Shown piece by piece: positions 33,867 to 47,223 of a stretch of DNA of 47,857 bases. The DNA is taken from contig NC_057752.1 in NCBI RefSeq assembly GCF_004010195.1, forward strand, positions 15,306,371 to 15,354,227. Reading direction: 5' to 3'. The number at the start of each line of letters is the position of its first letter. Within the stretch, counting starts at the first letter, position 1. The notes under the pieces were generated by a model, which worked only from the letters and a program-made list of their open reading frames with translations, did not search any database and had not been told where the DNA came from. This stretch comes from Chiloscyllium plagiosum (taxonomy: Eukaryota). A program made the translations under genes and the position numbers.

Positions 33867-34563
33867 TAGAACATAAAAAAAAACAGCGCAGTACAGGCCC
33901 TTTGGCCCTCGAAGTTGCGCCGATCCAAGCCCACCTAACCCACACTAGCCCACTATCCTCCATATGCCTATCCAATGCCCGTTTAAATGCCCATAAAGAG
34001 GGAGAGTCCACCACTGCTACTGGCAGGGCATTCCATGAACTCACGACTCGCTGAGTAAAGAATCTACCCCTAACATCTGTCCTATACCTACCACCCCTTA
34101 ATTTAAAGCTATGCCCCCTCGTAATAGCTGACTCCATACGTAGAAAAAGGTNNNNNNNNNNNNNNNNNNNNNNNNNNNNNNNNNNNNNNNNNNNNNNNNN
34201 NNNNNNNNNNNNNNNNNNNNNNNNNNNNNNNNNNNNNNNNNNNNNNNNNNNNNNNNNNCTTCACTGCACTATTTACCTGGGTGGCAACTTTCAGAGATCT
34301 GTGTACATGGACACCAAGATCCCTCTGCTCATCCACACTACCAAGCATCCGACCATTAGCCCAGTACCCCATCTTTTTGTTACTCTTACCAAAGTGAATC
34401 ACCTCACACTTACCTACATTGAACTCCATTTGCCACCTTTCTGCCCAGCTCTGCAGCTTATCTATATCCCGCTGTAACCTGACACATCTTTCCTCACTGT
34501 CAACAACTCCACCGACTTTCGTACCACCCGCAAACTTGCTCACCCAACCTTCTAGCCCCTCCT
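33867..34563 (-). mobile_element. CR1 LINE 3' part inserted in satellite C (contains a 107-N gap, 34152-34258)
   Basis: VSKFAGGTKVGGVVDSEERCVRLQRDIDKLQSWAERWQMEFNVGKCEVIHFG and TRGHSFKLRGGRYRTDVRGRFFTQRVVSSWNALP. Confidence 0.93.
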
Positions 34564-35082
34564 AGTATCTTATAGAGAACAACAGTGCCTGTGTAACTGA
34601 GAGAGAACAGCAGTGCTTGTATACCATAATGGAAACAACAGTCTCTGTGAAAATTACAGAGATCATCAGTCCCCGTGTCTCTGAGGGAGAACACCAATGC
34701 CTGTGTATCTTTTAGAGAATAGCATCCCTGTGTATCCTACAAAGAACAACAGTTCCCGTTTGTCTGAGGGAGAAGAGCAGTACCTGTGCATCTGTGAAAG
34801 TACAGCAGTGCCTGTGAATCATACAGAGAATATCAGTAACGGTGTGTCTTACAGAGCAGCCATCTTCCTGCACCGTATTGAGGACAGTAGTCCCTGTTTC
34901 TATTCAACAGAACAGCAGTGCCTGCATATCTGAGAGAGAACAGCATTGCCTTGTATCTGAAAGAGAACAGCGGTGCCTGGGCATCTGAGAGAGAAGAGGA
35001 GTTCCTGTGTCTCTGGGAGAGAACAGCAGTGCCTCTGTATCAGAGAGAGAATAGTAGTGTCTTCGTATCTCAGAGATTCGTA

Positions 35083-35230
35083 TCCCTTTCAGATACACAG
35101 GCATTGCTGTTCTCTCTCAGATACGCAGACACTGCTGTTTAGATTAGATTGGATTACTTACAATGTGGAAACAGGCCCTTCGGCCCAACAAGTCCACACT
35201 GACCCTCCAAAGAGCAATCCACCCAGACCC
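35083..35230 (-). repeat. Inverted duplicate of 35699-35846 (SINE tail plus flanking satellite)
   Basis: 148-bp reverse complement of 35699-35846 with about 4 mismatches by eye, spanning the SINE/satellite junction. Confidence 0.9.
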
Positions 35231-35466
35231 ACGCTTCTGTCAGAGAACAGCAATGCCTGTGTATCTGAGAGAGAATGGCAGTGCCTTTGCATCTGACAAA
35301 GCTCAGCAGTGCCTGTGCATCTGAGACAGAACAGCAGTGCCTTCGTATCAGATAGGGAACAGCTGTATCTGAACGACAATTGCAGTGCCTGTGTAGCTGA
35401 GGGAGAACAGCAGTGCCTCTGTATCATAGAGAGAACAGGTGTACCTGTGTATCTGAGGGAGAACAT

Positions 35467-35790
35467 GGACGGCACGGTGGCACAGTGGTTAGCACTGCTG
35501 CCTCACAGCGCCAGAGACCTGGGTTCAATTCCCGCCTCGGACAACTGACTGTGTGGAGTTTGCACATTCTCCCCATGTCTGCGTGGGTTTCCTCCGTGTG
35601 CTCCGGTTTCCTCCCACAGTCCAAAGATGTGCAGGTCAGGTGAATTGACCATGCTAAATTGCCTATAGTGTTAGGTGAAGGGGTAAATGTAGGGGAATGG
35701 GTCTGGGTGGATTGCTCTTTGAAGGGTCAGTGTGGACCTGTTGGGCTGAAGGGCCTGTTTCCACACTGTAAGTAATCCAATCTAATCTAA
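35467..35790 (+). mobile_element. HE1-type V-SINE, full length, inserted in satellite C
   Basis: GGCACGGTGGCACAGTGGTTAGCACTGCTGCCTCACAGCGCCAGAGACCTGGGTTCAATTCC (A and B boxes), V-domain, tail ..CCACACTGTAAGTAATCCAATCTAATCTAA. Confidence 0.94.
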
Positions 35791-38700
35791 ACAGCAGTGT
35801 CTGCGTATCTGAGAGAGAACAGCAATGCCTGTGTATCTGAAAGGGAACAGCAGTGCGTTTGTACCTGAAAGAGAGTGGCAGTGCCTCTGTATCAGAGAGA
35901 ACAGCTGTACCTGTGTATCTGAGGGAGAGCAGAAGTGCCTCTGTATCAGAGAGAGAACAGCAGTGCTGGTGTATCAGAGAGAGAACAGCAGGACCTGAGT
36001 ATCAGAGAGTGAACAGCATTGCATGAGTATCTCAGAGAGAACAGTAGTCCCTCTGCATTAGACAGTGAACAGCAGTTCCTGTGTCTCTGACGGAAAGCTG
36101 CAGTGCCTGTGTAGCTGAGGGAGACCAGCAGTGCCTTTGTATCTGTGAGAGAACAGCATTGCCTGTGACTCTGAGAGAGAACAGCAGTGCCTGCGTATCT
36201 GAGAGAGAACAGCATCCCCGTGTGTGTTATGGACAACAGCAACCCCTGTGTATCTGAAAGAGAATAGCGGTACTTATGTATCTGAGGGAAAATAGCAGTG
36301 TCAGTGTATCGTGTAGACAACAGCAGTGCCTGTGTAACTGAGAGAGAACAGCAGTGCCTGTGAAGGTGAGAGAGAACAGCATCCATGTGTACGTGAGAGA
36401 GAACACCAGTCCCTGCGTGTCTGAGAAAGAACAGCAGTACTGGTGTATCTGAGGCAGAGCAACAGTGCCTGTGAATCTTACAGAGAACATCAGTCATTGT
36501 GTGTCTTACAGAACAGCAGTCCCCTACACTGTGCAGAGAACAGCTGTCCCTGTTTCTATTCGAGAGAATAGCAGTGCCTGACTATCTGAGAGAGAACAGC
36601 AGTGCCTGTGTATCTTATCGAGAAGAGCTGTCCCTGTTTATCTTACAGAGAACAGCGGGCTCTGTGTATCTGAGGGACAACCGCAGTGCCTCTGTATCTT
36701 ACAGAGAATAGCAGTGCCTGTATGCCTTCCAGAGTGCAGGAGTGCCTGTGTATCTTCGAGAGAACAGCAATGCCTGTGCTTCTGAGAGAGATCAGCAGAA
36801 CCTGCGCATCTGAAAGAGAATATCAGTGACTGTATATCAGACAGAGAACAGCAGTGCCTCTGTATCGGAGAGAACAGTGCCTGCGTATCTGGGAGAGGAC
36901 ACCAGTGTCTGTGCATCCGAGAGAACAGTTGTGCCTGTGCATCTGAGAGAGAACATCATTGCCGGTGTATCGGAGAGAGACCAGAAATGCCTGTGCATCT
37001 GAAAGGACAAACGTCCGTGTGTATCGTATGAAGAACAGCAGTCCTTGTGTATCGTATAGAGAACAGCATCGCTGTGTATCTTACAGACAAAAGCAGTCCC
37101 TGTGTATCTGTGAGAGAACAGAGGTGCCTGTGTATGTGGGAAGAAACAGCAGTGACTGTGCCTGTGAGACAGAACAGCAGTGTGAGTGTATCTTACAGAG
37201 AACGGCAGTTATCGTGTATCTGGGAGTGAACAGCAGTGCCTCTGTAGCTGAGACAACAGCATCCCGGTGTAACTGAGAGAAAACAGCAGTCCCTGTGTAT
37301 CGTATAGAGAACAGCATCCTTGTGCATGTGAGAGAGAACAGCAGTGCCTGTGTATCTGAGAGAGAACTGCAGTGTCTGTGTATGTGAAAGAACAACAGTA
37401 CTTGTGTATGTGAGAGAGTACTACAGTGCCTGTGTACGTGGGAGAGAACAGCAGTGAGGGAACATCAGTGCTGGTGTATCAGAGAGAGACCAGAAATGTC
37501 TGTGCATCTGAGAGAACAAACGTCCCTGTGTATCTTATGAAGAACAGCAGTCCTTATGTATCAGCAGTGCCTGTGTACCTTACCGAGAACAGCTGTCCCT
37601 GTTTATCTTACAGAGAACAGCGGGCTCTGTGTATCTGAGAGACAACAGCAGTGACTCTGTATCTTACAGAAAACTTCAGTGCCTGTGTGCCTTCCAGAGT
37701 GCAGCAGAGCCTGGGTATCTTCTAGAGAACAGTAGAGTCACCGTTCCGGGAGAGGACAGCAGTGCCTGTGCATCTGAGAGAGAACATCAGTGCTGGTGTA
37801 TCAGAGAGAGACCAGAAATGCCTATGCATCTGAGAGAACAAACGTCCCTGTGTATCTTATGAAGAACAGCAGTCCTTATGTATTGTATAGAGAACAGCAT
37901 CCCTGTGTATCTTACAGACAAAAGCAGTCCCTGTGTATCTGAGAGGGAACAGCAGTGCCTGTGTATGTGGGAGAGAACAGCGGTGACTATGCCTGTTCGA
38001 CAGAACAGCAGTGTGAGTGTATCTTACAGAGAACAGTAGTTACTGTGTATCTGAGAGTGTACAGCAGTGCCTCTGTAGCTGAGAGACAACAGCATCCGTG
38101 TGCTGCTGAGAGAGAACAGCAGTCCCTGTGTATCGTGTAGAGAATAGCATCCTTTGTGCATGTGAAAGAGAACAGCAGTGCCTGTGTATCTGAGAGAGAA
38201 CAGTAGAGCCTGTGTATGTGAGAGAACAACAGTGCTTGTCATGTGAGAGAGAACAGCAGTACCTGTGTATGTGGGAGAACAGAAATGCCTGTGTATCTGA
38301 GAGAGAACAGCAGAGCCTTTGTATCAAGGAGAGAACAGCTGTGCCAATGTATCTGAGAGAACTGCTGTTCTCTCCCAGATGCAGTGACACTGCTGTTCTC
38401 TCTAAGATACACAGGCACTGCTGCACTCTGGAAGGCATACAGGCACTGCTGTTCACTGTAAGATACAAAGGCACTGCTGTTGTCTCTCAAATACACAGAG
38501 CCTGCTGTTCTCTGTAAGATCAACAGAGATAGCTGTTCTCGATAAGATGCACAGGCACTGCTGTTCTCTCTCAGACACACAGGGACTGCTGATCTCTGTA
38601 AGACACACAGTGACTGCTGTTATCATTAAGGTACACAGGCACTGCTGTTCTCTCTCGTATACACAGGCACTTCTGTTCTCTCTCAGATAGCCAGAAACTG

Positions 38701-41700
38701 CTATTTTCTCGAATAGAGACAGGCACTGTTCTCTATACGGTGCAGGAGGACTGCTGTTCTGTAAGACATACAGTGACTGATGTTCACTGTACGATTCACA
38801 GGCATTTCTGTTCCCTCTCAGACACACAGGGACTGCTATTCTCTGTAGGATACACAGAGTTGTTCTTCTCTATAAGATACTGGCGTTCTCTCTCAGGAAC
38901 ACAGGCACTGATGTTTTCTCTTCGAGACACAGGGACTGATGATCTCTGTAATATACACAGCGACAGTTGTTTCCATTAAGATACAGAGGAACTGCTGTTT
39001 TCTCTCAGAAACACAGGGACTGCTGTTCTTTCAGATACACAGGGACTGCTGTTCTCTCTCAGAGACACTGTTGTATGCAACATAATGTCCACAGAGACTG
39101 CTGTTTCCATTAAGATATACAGGCACTGCTTGTCTCTCTCAGATGCACAGGCACTTCTATTCTCCCTCAGATACAACGGCACTGCTGTTCTGTATAAGAT
39201 ACACAGACTTTGCTGTTCTCTCTCAGATATACAGGCACTGCTGTTCTCTCTAAAAGGCACAGGGTCTGTTGTTCTCTCTCACTGAAATAGGTACTGTTGT
39301 TCACTCTCAGATACAGAGACATAGCTGTTCTCTCTCAGATACAAAAGTACAGCTTTTCTCTCTATAATAAACAGAGATTCTGCTCTCCATAAGATACACA
39401 GGAACTGCTTTTCTATCAGGTACACAGGCACTGTTGTTCACTTCCAGATACACTGGCACTGCTGTTCTCTCTACGATACACAGGCACTGCTGTTCTGACT
39501 CAGACACCTAGGTCCAGGGTTCTTTCCCAGATACAGAGGCACAGCTGTACTCATTTTGATACAAAGGCTCTGCTGTTCCCATTCAGATACACTGACATTG
39601 CTGTTCTGTCTCAGATACAGAAGCATTGCTGTTCTCTCTTAGATACACAGGCAGTGCGGTTCTCTCTCAGATACACAGACACCGCGGTCCTCGCTCAGAA
39701 ACACAGGCACTGTGCTTCTCCCTCCAATACACAACCACTCCTGTTCTCCCTCTTTGATATACAGGCACCGCTGTTCTCTCTCAGATACACAGGCACTGCT
39801 GTTCTCTATAAGATACACAGGCTTTGCTGTTCTCTCTCAGATGCACAGACACTGCTTTCTCCATCAGATACACATACACTGCTGTTCTCTCTCAGATGCA
39901 CAGGGTCTACTGTTCTCTCTCAGTGAAATAGGTAATGTACTTCACTCGCAGATACCGAGGCACTGCTGCTCTCTCTAGGATAAACAGGGACTGCTGTTCT
40001 CTATAATATACACAGGGATGCTGCTCTTTATAAGGTACACAGGGACTGTTTTTCGATCAGATACACAGACACTGCTGTTCTCTCTCAGATGCACAGGCAT
40101 TGCTATTCTCCATAAGGTACAGAGGGACTGCCGTTCTGGATGAGGTACACAGACACTGCTGTTCTCACTCAGACACCTAGGTGCCGCGGTTCTCTCTCAG
40201 ATACATTGGCACAGCTGTTCTCTCTCTGGCAGAAAGGTAAGAACAGCTCTTCTCGCTCAGATAGGCAAACACTGCTGTTCTCTCTCAGATACACAGGCAC
40301 GGCTGTTCTCTCGCTTATATACACAAGCACTTCTGTTCTCTCTCAGATGCACAGGCATTGCTGTTCTCTCTCAGATGCACAGGCACTGCTGTTCTCTCTA
40401 TGATACACAGGGACTGCTTTTCTCTGTAAGTTATACAAACACTGCTGTTCTATCTCAGATGTATTGCTTTTCTCACTCAGATACTAAGGTACTGCTAAGG
40501 TACTGCTGTTCTCTCTTCGCTACAAAGGCACTGCTCTTCTCTCTCATGTACACAGGGACTGCCGTTCTCTGTAATATACACAGGGGTGCTGTTCTCTCTA
40601 AGATACACGGACTGTGTTCTCTCTCAGATATATAGCTACTGCTGTTCTCTTTCAGATGCATAGGCACTGTTGTTCATTTTCAGATACACAGGGACTGCTA
40701 TTCTCTATCTTGTAAAGAGGGACTGTTGCTCTTTGCAAGGTACACAAGGAATGCTGTTCTTTATGATATGCCCAGAGACTACTGATCTTTCTCAGATACA
40801 CAGGCACTGCTGTTCTTTCTCAGAAACCGAGGCACTGATGATTCTCTCAGATACACAGGCACTGCTGTTGTCTCTAAGATGCACAGAGATTCTGTTCTCC
40901 ATAAGATACACAGGGACTGCTTTTCTAGATGCACAGGAACTGCTGTTCTCTCAAAGATACGCAGAAAATGCTGTTCTCTCTCAGATACACAGAGACCGCC
41001 ATTCTCTGTCAGATACATGGGACTGCTTTACTTTCTCAGATACACAGGGACTACTATTCTCTCTCAGATACAGAGGCACTGTTGTTCTCTCTCAGGTACA
41101 CAGGCACAGCAGTTCTCTCTCACATGCGCAGGGACTGCTGTTCTCTCTCAGACACACGGGCACTACTGTTCTCCACACGATACAAAAACATTGCTGTTCT
41201 CTCTCAGGTACACAGGCACGGCTGTTCTCTCTCAGGTACACAGGCACTGCTGATATCTTTCTGATGCACAGGCACGACTGATTTCTCCCAGGCACAAAGG
41301 CACTGCTGTTCTCTGTGAGATTTACAGGCACTGCTGTTTTGTCCCAGACACATAGAAACTGCTCTTCACTCTCAGATACATAGGCACTGCTGTTCTCCCT
41401 CAGCTACACAGGCACTGCAGTTCTCTCTCAGATATACAAACACTGCTGTTCTCTCTCTGATACAGAGGCACTGCTGTTCTCTCTCAGATTCACAAGCACT
41501 GCTGATTTCCTTGGGATACACAGGCACTGCTGATCTCTGTTGGATACACAGGCACTGCTGTTCTCTCACAGATACACAGGCTTTGCTGTTCTTTCTCAGA
41601 TACACTGGGAATGCTGTTCTCTGTCAGATGCACAAGGACTGCCATTCTCTGTCATACTGGTATACTCGCTCAGATATACAGACACTGCTGTTTTCCATCA

Positions 41701-44700
41701 GATATGCAGGCCCTGCGGTCCTCTCTCAGATACACAGGCACAGCAGTTCTCTCTCACATGCGCAGGGACTGCTGTTCTCTCTCAGATACGCGGACACTGC
41801 TTCTCTCACTCCGATACACAGGCATTGCCATTGTCTCTCGCATATACAGGGACTTCTGTACTCTCTAAGTTACATAGGCACTGCTGTTTCCTCTCAGATA
41901 CACAGGGATGCTGTATTTATCACATACTCAGGCAATGCTGTTCTCTGTCAGATAAACTTTCAGATTGTCAGGGACTGCTGTTTACTCTCAGATATATTTG
42001 GTCTGCTGTTCTCTGTCAGATACATAGGCACCGCGCTTCACTGTCAGATACATAGGCACTGTTGTTCTCTTCACAGATACACAGGCATTGCTGTTCTCTC
42101 TCAGATACACAGGCACTGCTGTTCTCACTCCGACACGTAGGTGCCGCGGTTCTCTCTCAGATACACATGTACTCTTTCCGATACAAAGGCTCTGCTGTTC
42201 CCTCTCAGATACACCGACATTGCTGTTCTGTCTCAGATACAGAGGTTTTGCTGTTCTCTCTCTCAGATACACAGGCAGTGCGGTTCCCTCTCAGATACAC
42301 AGACACTGCTGTTCTCTCTCACATAAACAGGTACTGCTGATCTCTCCCAGATGCACAGGGACTGCTGTTCTCTCAAAGATACACAGAAAATATTGTTCTC
42401 TCTCAGATACACAGGGACCGACGTTCTCTGTCAGATACATGAGACTGCTTTACTTTCTCAGATACACAAGGACTGCTATTCTCTCTCAGGTACAGAGGCA
42501 CTGTTGTTCTCTCAGGTGCACAGGCATTGCTGTTCTCTCTCAGACACACAGGCACTACTGTTCTCCACACGATACAAACGCATTGCTGTTCTCTCTCAGG
42601 TACACAGGCACTGCTGATATCTTTCTGATGCACAGGCACTGCACTGCTCTGTAGGATTCACAGGCACTGCTATTCTCTGCAAGATACACTTGCACTACTG
42701 TATCTGTGAAGAGATACTCAGGGATTGCTGTTCTCTGTCAGATAAATTTGGACAGCTGTTCTCTGTCAGATACATAGGCACCGTGCTTCACTCAAATACA
42801 TAGGCACTGTTGTTCTATCTCAGATACACAGGCATTGCTGTTCTCTCTCTGATGCACAAGCACTGCTGATCGCTCTCAGATACACAAGCACTCCTGTTCC
42901 CTTTCAGATTCGCCGGCACTGCTGATTTCTCTCAGATACACAGGAACTGCTGTTCTCACGCAGATACACAGACATTGCTGTTCTCTCTCAGATGCACTGG
43001 GAATGCTAATCTCTCTCAAATAAACAGGGACTGCCGTTCTCTGTCAGATACACGGGGACTACTATACTCTCTCAGATACTGTTCTCTGTAAAATACACAG
43101 GGACTGCTGTTCTTTCCCAGACGCACAGGCACTGCGGTTCTCTCGAATATAAACTGGGACTGCTATTCTCTACAAGTTACACAGGTACTGCTGTTGTCTG
43201 TAAGGTACACAGGGACTGCACTTCTCTGTAGGATTCACAAGCACCGGTGTACTCTCTTAGATACACAGGCACTGCTGTTCTCTGTATACACAGCCATTCT
43301 ATCGAATATGCACAGGTAATGCTGTAATATGAAGAAGGGCCGCTGTTCTCTATAAAATATACACAGCCACTGGTATTCTCGATAAGATAAACTGGGGCTG
43401 CTGTTCTCTATCATATACACAGAGACTGCCATTCTCTGTAATATACACAGGGACTGCTCTTCTCTATAATATAAGCAGTGACTTCTCTTCGCTATTATAT
43501 ACACAGGTACTGCTGTTCTCTAGAATATACACAGGGACTGCTGTTCACCATAATATAGACAGGGGCTACTGTCATCTACATTATACCCAGGATTTGTGTT
43601 CTCTATAATTAGCACAGGCATTGCTATTCTCTGTAATATACACAGGGAGTGTTTTTTTCTCTAATATACACAGGCACTACTGTTCTCTATAAGATGGACA
43701 GGGACTGCCATCTCTGTAATATACACAGGGACTGCTGTCTCTATAATATGCACAGGCAATGCTGTTCTCTGTAATACACGCAGGTAATGCTGCCTGTGTA
43801 TCTTATGGAGCACAGCAGTGCCTGTGTATCTTAGAGAGATCAGCAGTGCCTGTATTTCAGAGAGAGAACAGCAGTGCCTGTGTATCTGAGGGGGAACAGC
43901 ATGTGGAGCTGAGAGAGAACAGCAGTCCCTCTGTATATTACAGACAACATAAGTACATCTGTATCTCATAGAGAACAACAGTGCCTGTGTATGTAGAAGA
44001 GAACAGCACTGCCTGTGTATCTGAGGGAGAACAGCCATGCATGCATATCTAAGAGAGAACAGCAGTGTCTGTATCCGAGAGAGAACAACTGTGCCTGTGT
44101 ATCTTATAGAGCATGTTTATTATAGAGAACAGCAGTATCTGTGTCTATTTTTGAGAACAGCAGTCCCTGTGTATCTAAAAGAGAACAGCAGTCCCTGTCT
44201 ATCTTAGATAGAACAGCCATCCCGCTCTATCTTATGGAACCAAACCGTCCCTCTGTCTCATGTACAGAACAGCCATCCCTCTGTATATTATACAGATCAG
44301 CCGTCCCTCTGTATATTATACAGAACAGCAGCCCCTCTGTGTGTTATAGAAGACAGCAGTCCCTCCGTATATTATAGAGAACAGCAGTCCCTGTGTATCT
44401 TATAGAGAGCAGCAGTCCCTGTGTATCTTTTAGAGAATAGCCGTCCCGCTGTATCTTATGGAGAAAATCCGTCCCTCTGTATCTTATAAAGAACGGTCAT
44501 CCCTCTGTATCTTATACAGAACAGCAACCCCTATGCATGTTATAGAGAACAGCAGTCCCTCTGTGTGCTATAGCGAACAGCAGTGCCTGTGTATCTTATA
44601 GAGAACAGCATTGCCTGCGTATATTGCAGAGAACAGCAGTCCCTGTCTCTATTAGAGAAAATAGCAGTCCCCATGTATATTGTCGAGAATAGAAGTCTCT

Positions 44701-46762
44701 GCTTATATTAGACAGAGCAATGATCCCTGTCGATGTTATCGAGAACACCAGTGCCTGTGTATATTTTCAAGCACAATCCCCATCTACTTTGTAGAGAACA
44801 GCAGTCAATAGGGAAGTGATAAAGAACAGCATTCCCTACGCATATTACAGAGAACAGCAGTCGCTGTGTACAATAGAGAAAACGATAACTTGTGTCTATT
44901 ATAGCAAAGAGCAGTACTTGTCGACATTATAGATTACAGCAGTCCTTGTCTGTAATCCAGAGAACAACAGTGTCTGTGTATGTTGCAGAGTATAGCAGTC
45001 CTTGTGCATATTCCAGAGAACAGCAGTGCCTATGTCTATTTTTGAGAAAAGCAATTCCTGTGCATATCATAGACAACAGCAATCCCTGTGTATATTATAG
45101 ACATTAGCAGTGCCTATGTATATTTTACAGATCAGCAGTCCCTGTCTACATCATAGCGAACAGCATATACATAGGCACTGCTGTTCTCTCTCAGACACGC
45201 AGGCACTTCTGTTCTCTCTCAGGTACACCAGGACTACTGTTCTCTCCTAGGTGCACAAGCACTGCTGTTCTCTCTCAGTTGCACAGGTACTGCTTATCTC
45301 TCTCAGATATACAGGGACTGCTGTTGTCTCTCAGATACTCAGGAACTACTGTTCTCTGCAAGATAATCAGACACTGCTGTTCTCAGATTCACAGGCACTG
45401 TTGTCCTCTCTCAGATACACAGGCACTGTTGTTCTCTGTAAGGTTCACAGGGACTGCTGTTCTCTGTAAGATGCACAGGCACTGACCTTCTCTCTCAGAT
45501 ACACAGGCACTGCTATTCTCTCTCAGAAACTTTGGCACTGCTGTTCTCAGTCACTGTTGTTCTGTGTAATGCAAAGCCGGAAACTGGTATTGTCGATAAG
45601 ATACACAGTCACTGCCGTTCTCTCTGATACACAGACACTGCTGTTTTCTGTCAGATACACAGGTATTACTGTTCTCTTTCAAATATGCAGTCACTGCTGT
45701 TCTTTCTCAGATACACAGACACTGCTGTTCTCAATAAAATACACCGGGAATGGTGTTCTACTTCCAATACACAGGCACTACTGTTCTCTCTCAGATACAC
45801 AGGCACTACTGTTCTCTCTCAGATACCCAGGCACTGCTGTTCTCTCTCAGCTACACAGCACTGCATTTCTGTCACAGATACACAGGCACTACTGTTCTCC
45901 CTCAGATACACAGGCACTACTGTTCTCTCTCAGATACACAGGCACTGCTGTTCTCTGTAATATAGACAGGTACTGCTGGAATCTACTGTACTGCTCTTCG
46001 CCATAATAGACACAGGGACTGCTGTTTTCTCTATTATAGGGAGTATATACACAGGCATTGCTAATCTCTATAACATACACAGGGACTACTGTTGTCTATG
46101 ATATATACAGGAATTACTGTTCTCAGAAATAGACATGGGCACTGTAATATGTCCAGGGACTGCTGTACTCTGCAACATACACAGACACCGCTGCTGTTTG
46201 CAATATAGACAGGAACTGCTGTAATCTATAAGATAGACAAGTACTGCTCTTCGCTATAATAAATAAAAGGAATTGCTGTTTTCTCTATTATACACAGTGA
46301 CTGGTTTTCTCTGTAACATACACAGGGAATGCTGTTTTCTATAATATACACTTGGATTGCTGTTCTCTATCATATACCCATCGACTGCTATTCACTATAA
46401 TATCGACAGGGACTGCTGTTATCCATAACATAGACCGGAACTGTTGTTCTCTCTAATATGCACAGGGTTTGCTGTTCTCTAAACATACAAAGGGATTTCT
46501 ATTATTAATATTACAGACAGGGACCACTGTTCCCTGTAACATATGCAGGGACTGCTATTCTCTTTCATCTAAATGGGGACTGCTGTACTTGGCATCATGT
46601 ACTGCTGTTCTTTAATATAGACCAGGACTGCCGCTTTCTCTAGTATACACAGGGACAGCTGTTCTCTCTAATATGCACAGGCAATGCTGTTCTCTGTAAT
46701 ATAAATAAGGACTGATGTTCTGCATAAAATATACACAGCCACTGGTGTTCTCGATAATATAG

Positions 46763-46899
46763 GAGAAAGTGAGGTCTGCAGATGCTGGAGATCAGAGATG
46801 GAAATGTGTTCCTGAAGAAGGGCTAATGCCCGAAACGTCAATTCTCCTGTTCCCTAGATGCTGCCTGACCTGCTGCGCTTTTCCAGCAACACATTTCCA
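46763..46899. mobile_element. Penelope-derived inverted mini-element with 15-bp TSD and hammerhead motif (46812-46839, +)
   Basis: TSD TTCTCGATAATATAG at 46748-46762 and 46900-46914. Antisense terminus 46763-46810, then a sense arm beginning C-CTGAAGA-A-GGGC-TAAT-GCCC-GAAA-C-GTC. Confidence 0.87.
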
Positions 46900-47223
46900 T
46901 TCTCGATAATATAGACAGGGACTGCTGTTCTCCATAATATACACAGAGACTGCCATTCTCTATACTTTACACAGGGACAGCTGTTCCCTATGGTGTAGAC
47001 AGGGACTGCCGATATCTGAACTATATTCAGGAACTGCTGTTCTATATAATAAACACAGGCACTGTTGTTCTCTATAATATAAACAGTGACTTCTCTTCGT
47101 TATCATATACACAGGTACTGCTGTTCTCTAAAATATACACAGGGACTGCCGTTTACTATAATATGCACAGGGACTGCTGTCACGTACGTTATACTCAGGA
47201 TTTGAGTTCTCTATAATTTGCAC

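Larger units (their letters stand above)
30286..47220. repeat. Satellite C: 28-bp tandem repeat with variants and inversions
   Basis: Unit GAGAGAGAACAGCAGTGCCTGTGTATCT, with variant TATAGAGAACAGCAGTCCCTGTGTAT(C/A)T. Plus orientation to ~38360, minus to ~43790, plus to ~45165, minus to ~47220. Confidence 0.95.

Noticed and set aside
35467..35540. tRNA gene
   Set aside because: The A/B boxes belong to a tRNA-derived SINE head followed by V-domain and LINE-like tail; no complete cloverleaf. The same applies at 6610-6678 and 33325-33375.
30530..46080. Dozens of ORFs (HRHCCSLSDTQALLFSLRYTGTAVLS...)
   Set aside because: Translations of the 28-bp satellite cycling through three frames; not coding.
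15626..47220. CRISPR-like array (27-33-bp repeats)
   Set aside because: Units are head-to-tail and degenerate with no unique spacers, no cas genes and a eukaryotic context.
30286..47220. Array of steroid-receptor elements (AGAACA half-site in every unit)
   Set aside because: The second half-site (GTGCCT/GTCCCT) fits TGTTCT poorly, and there is no evidence beyond a 6-mer.
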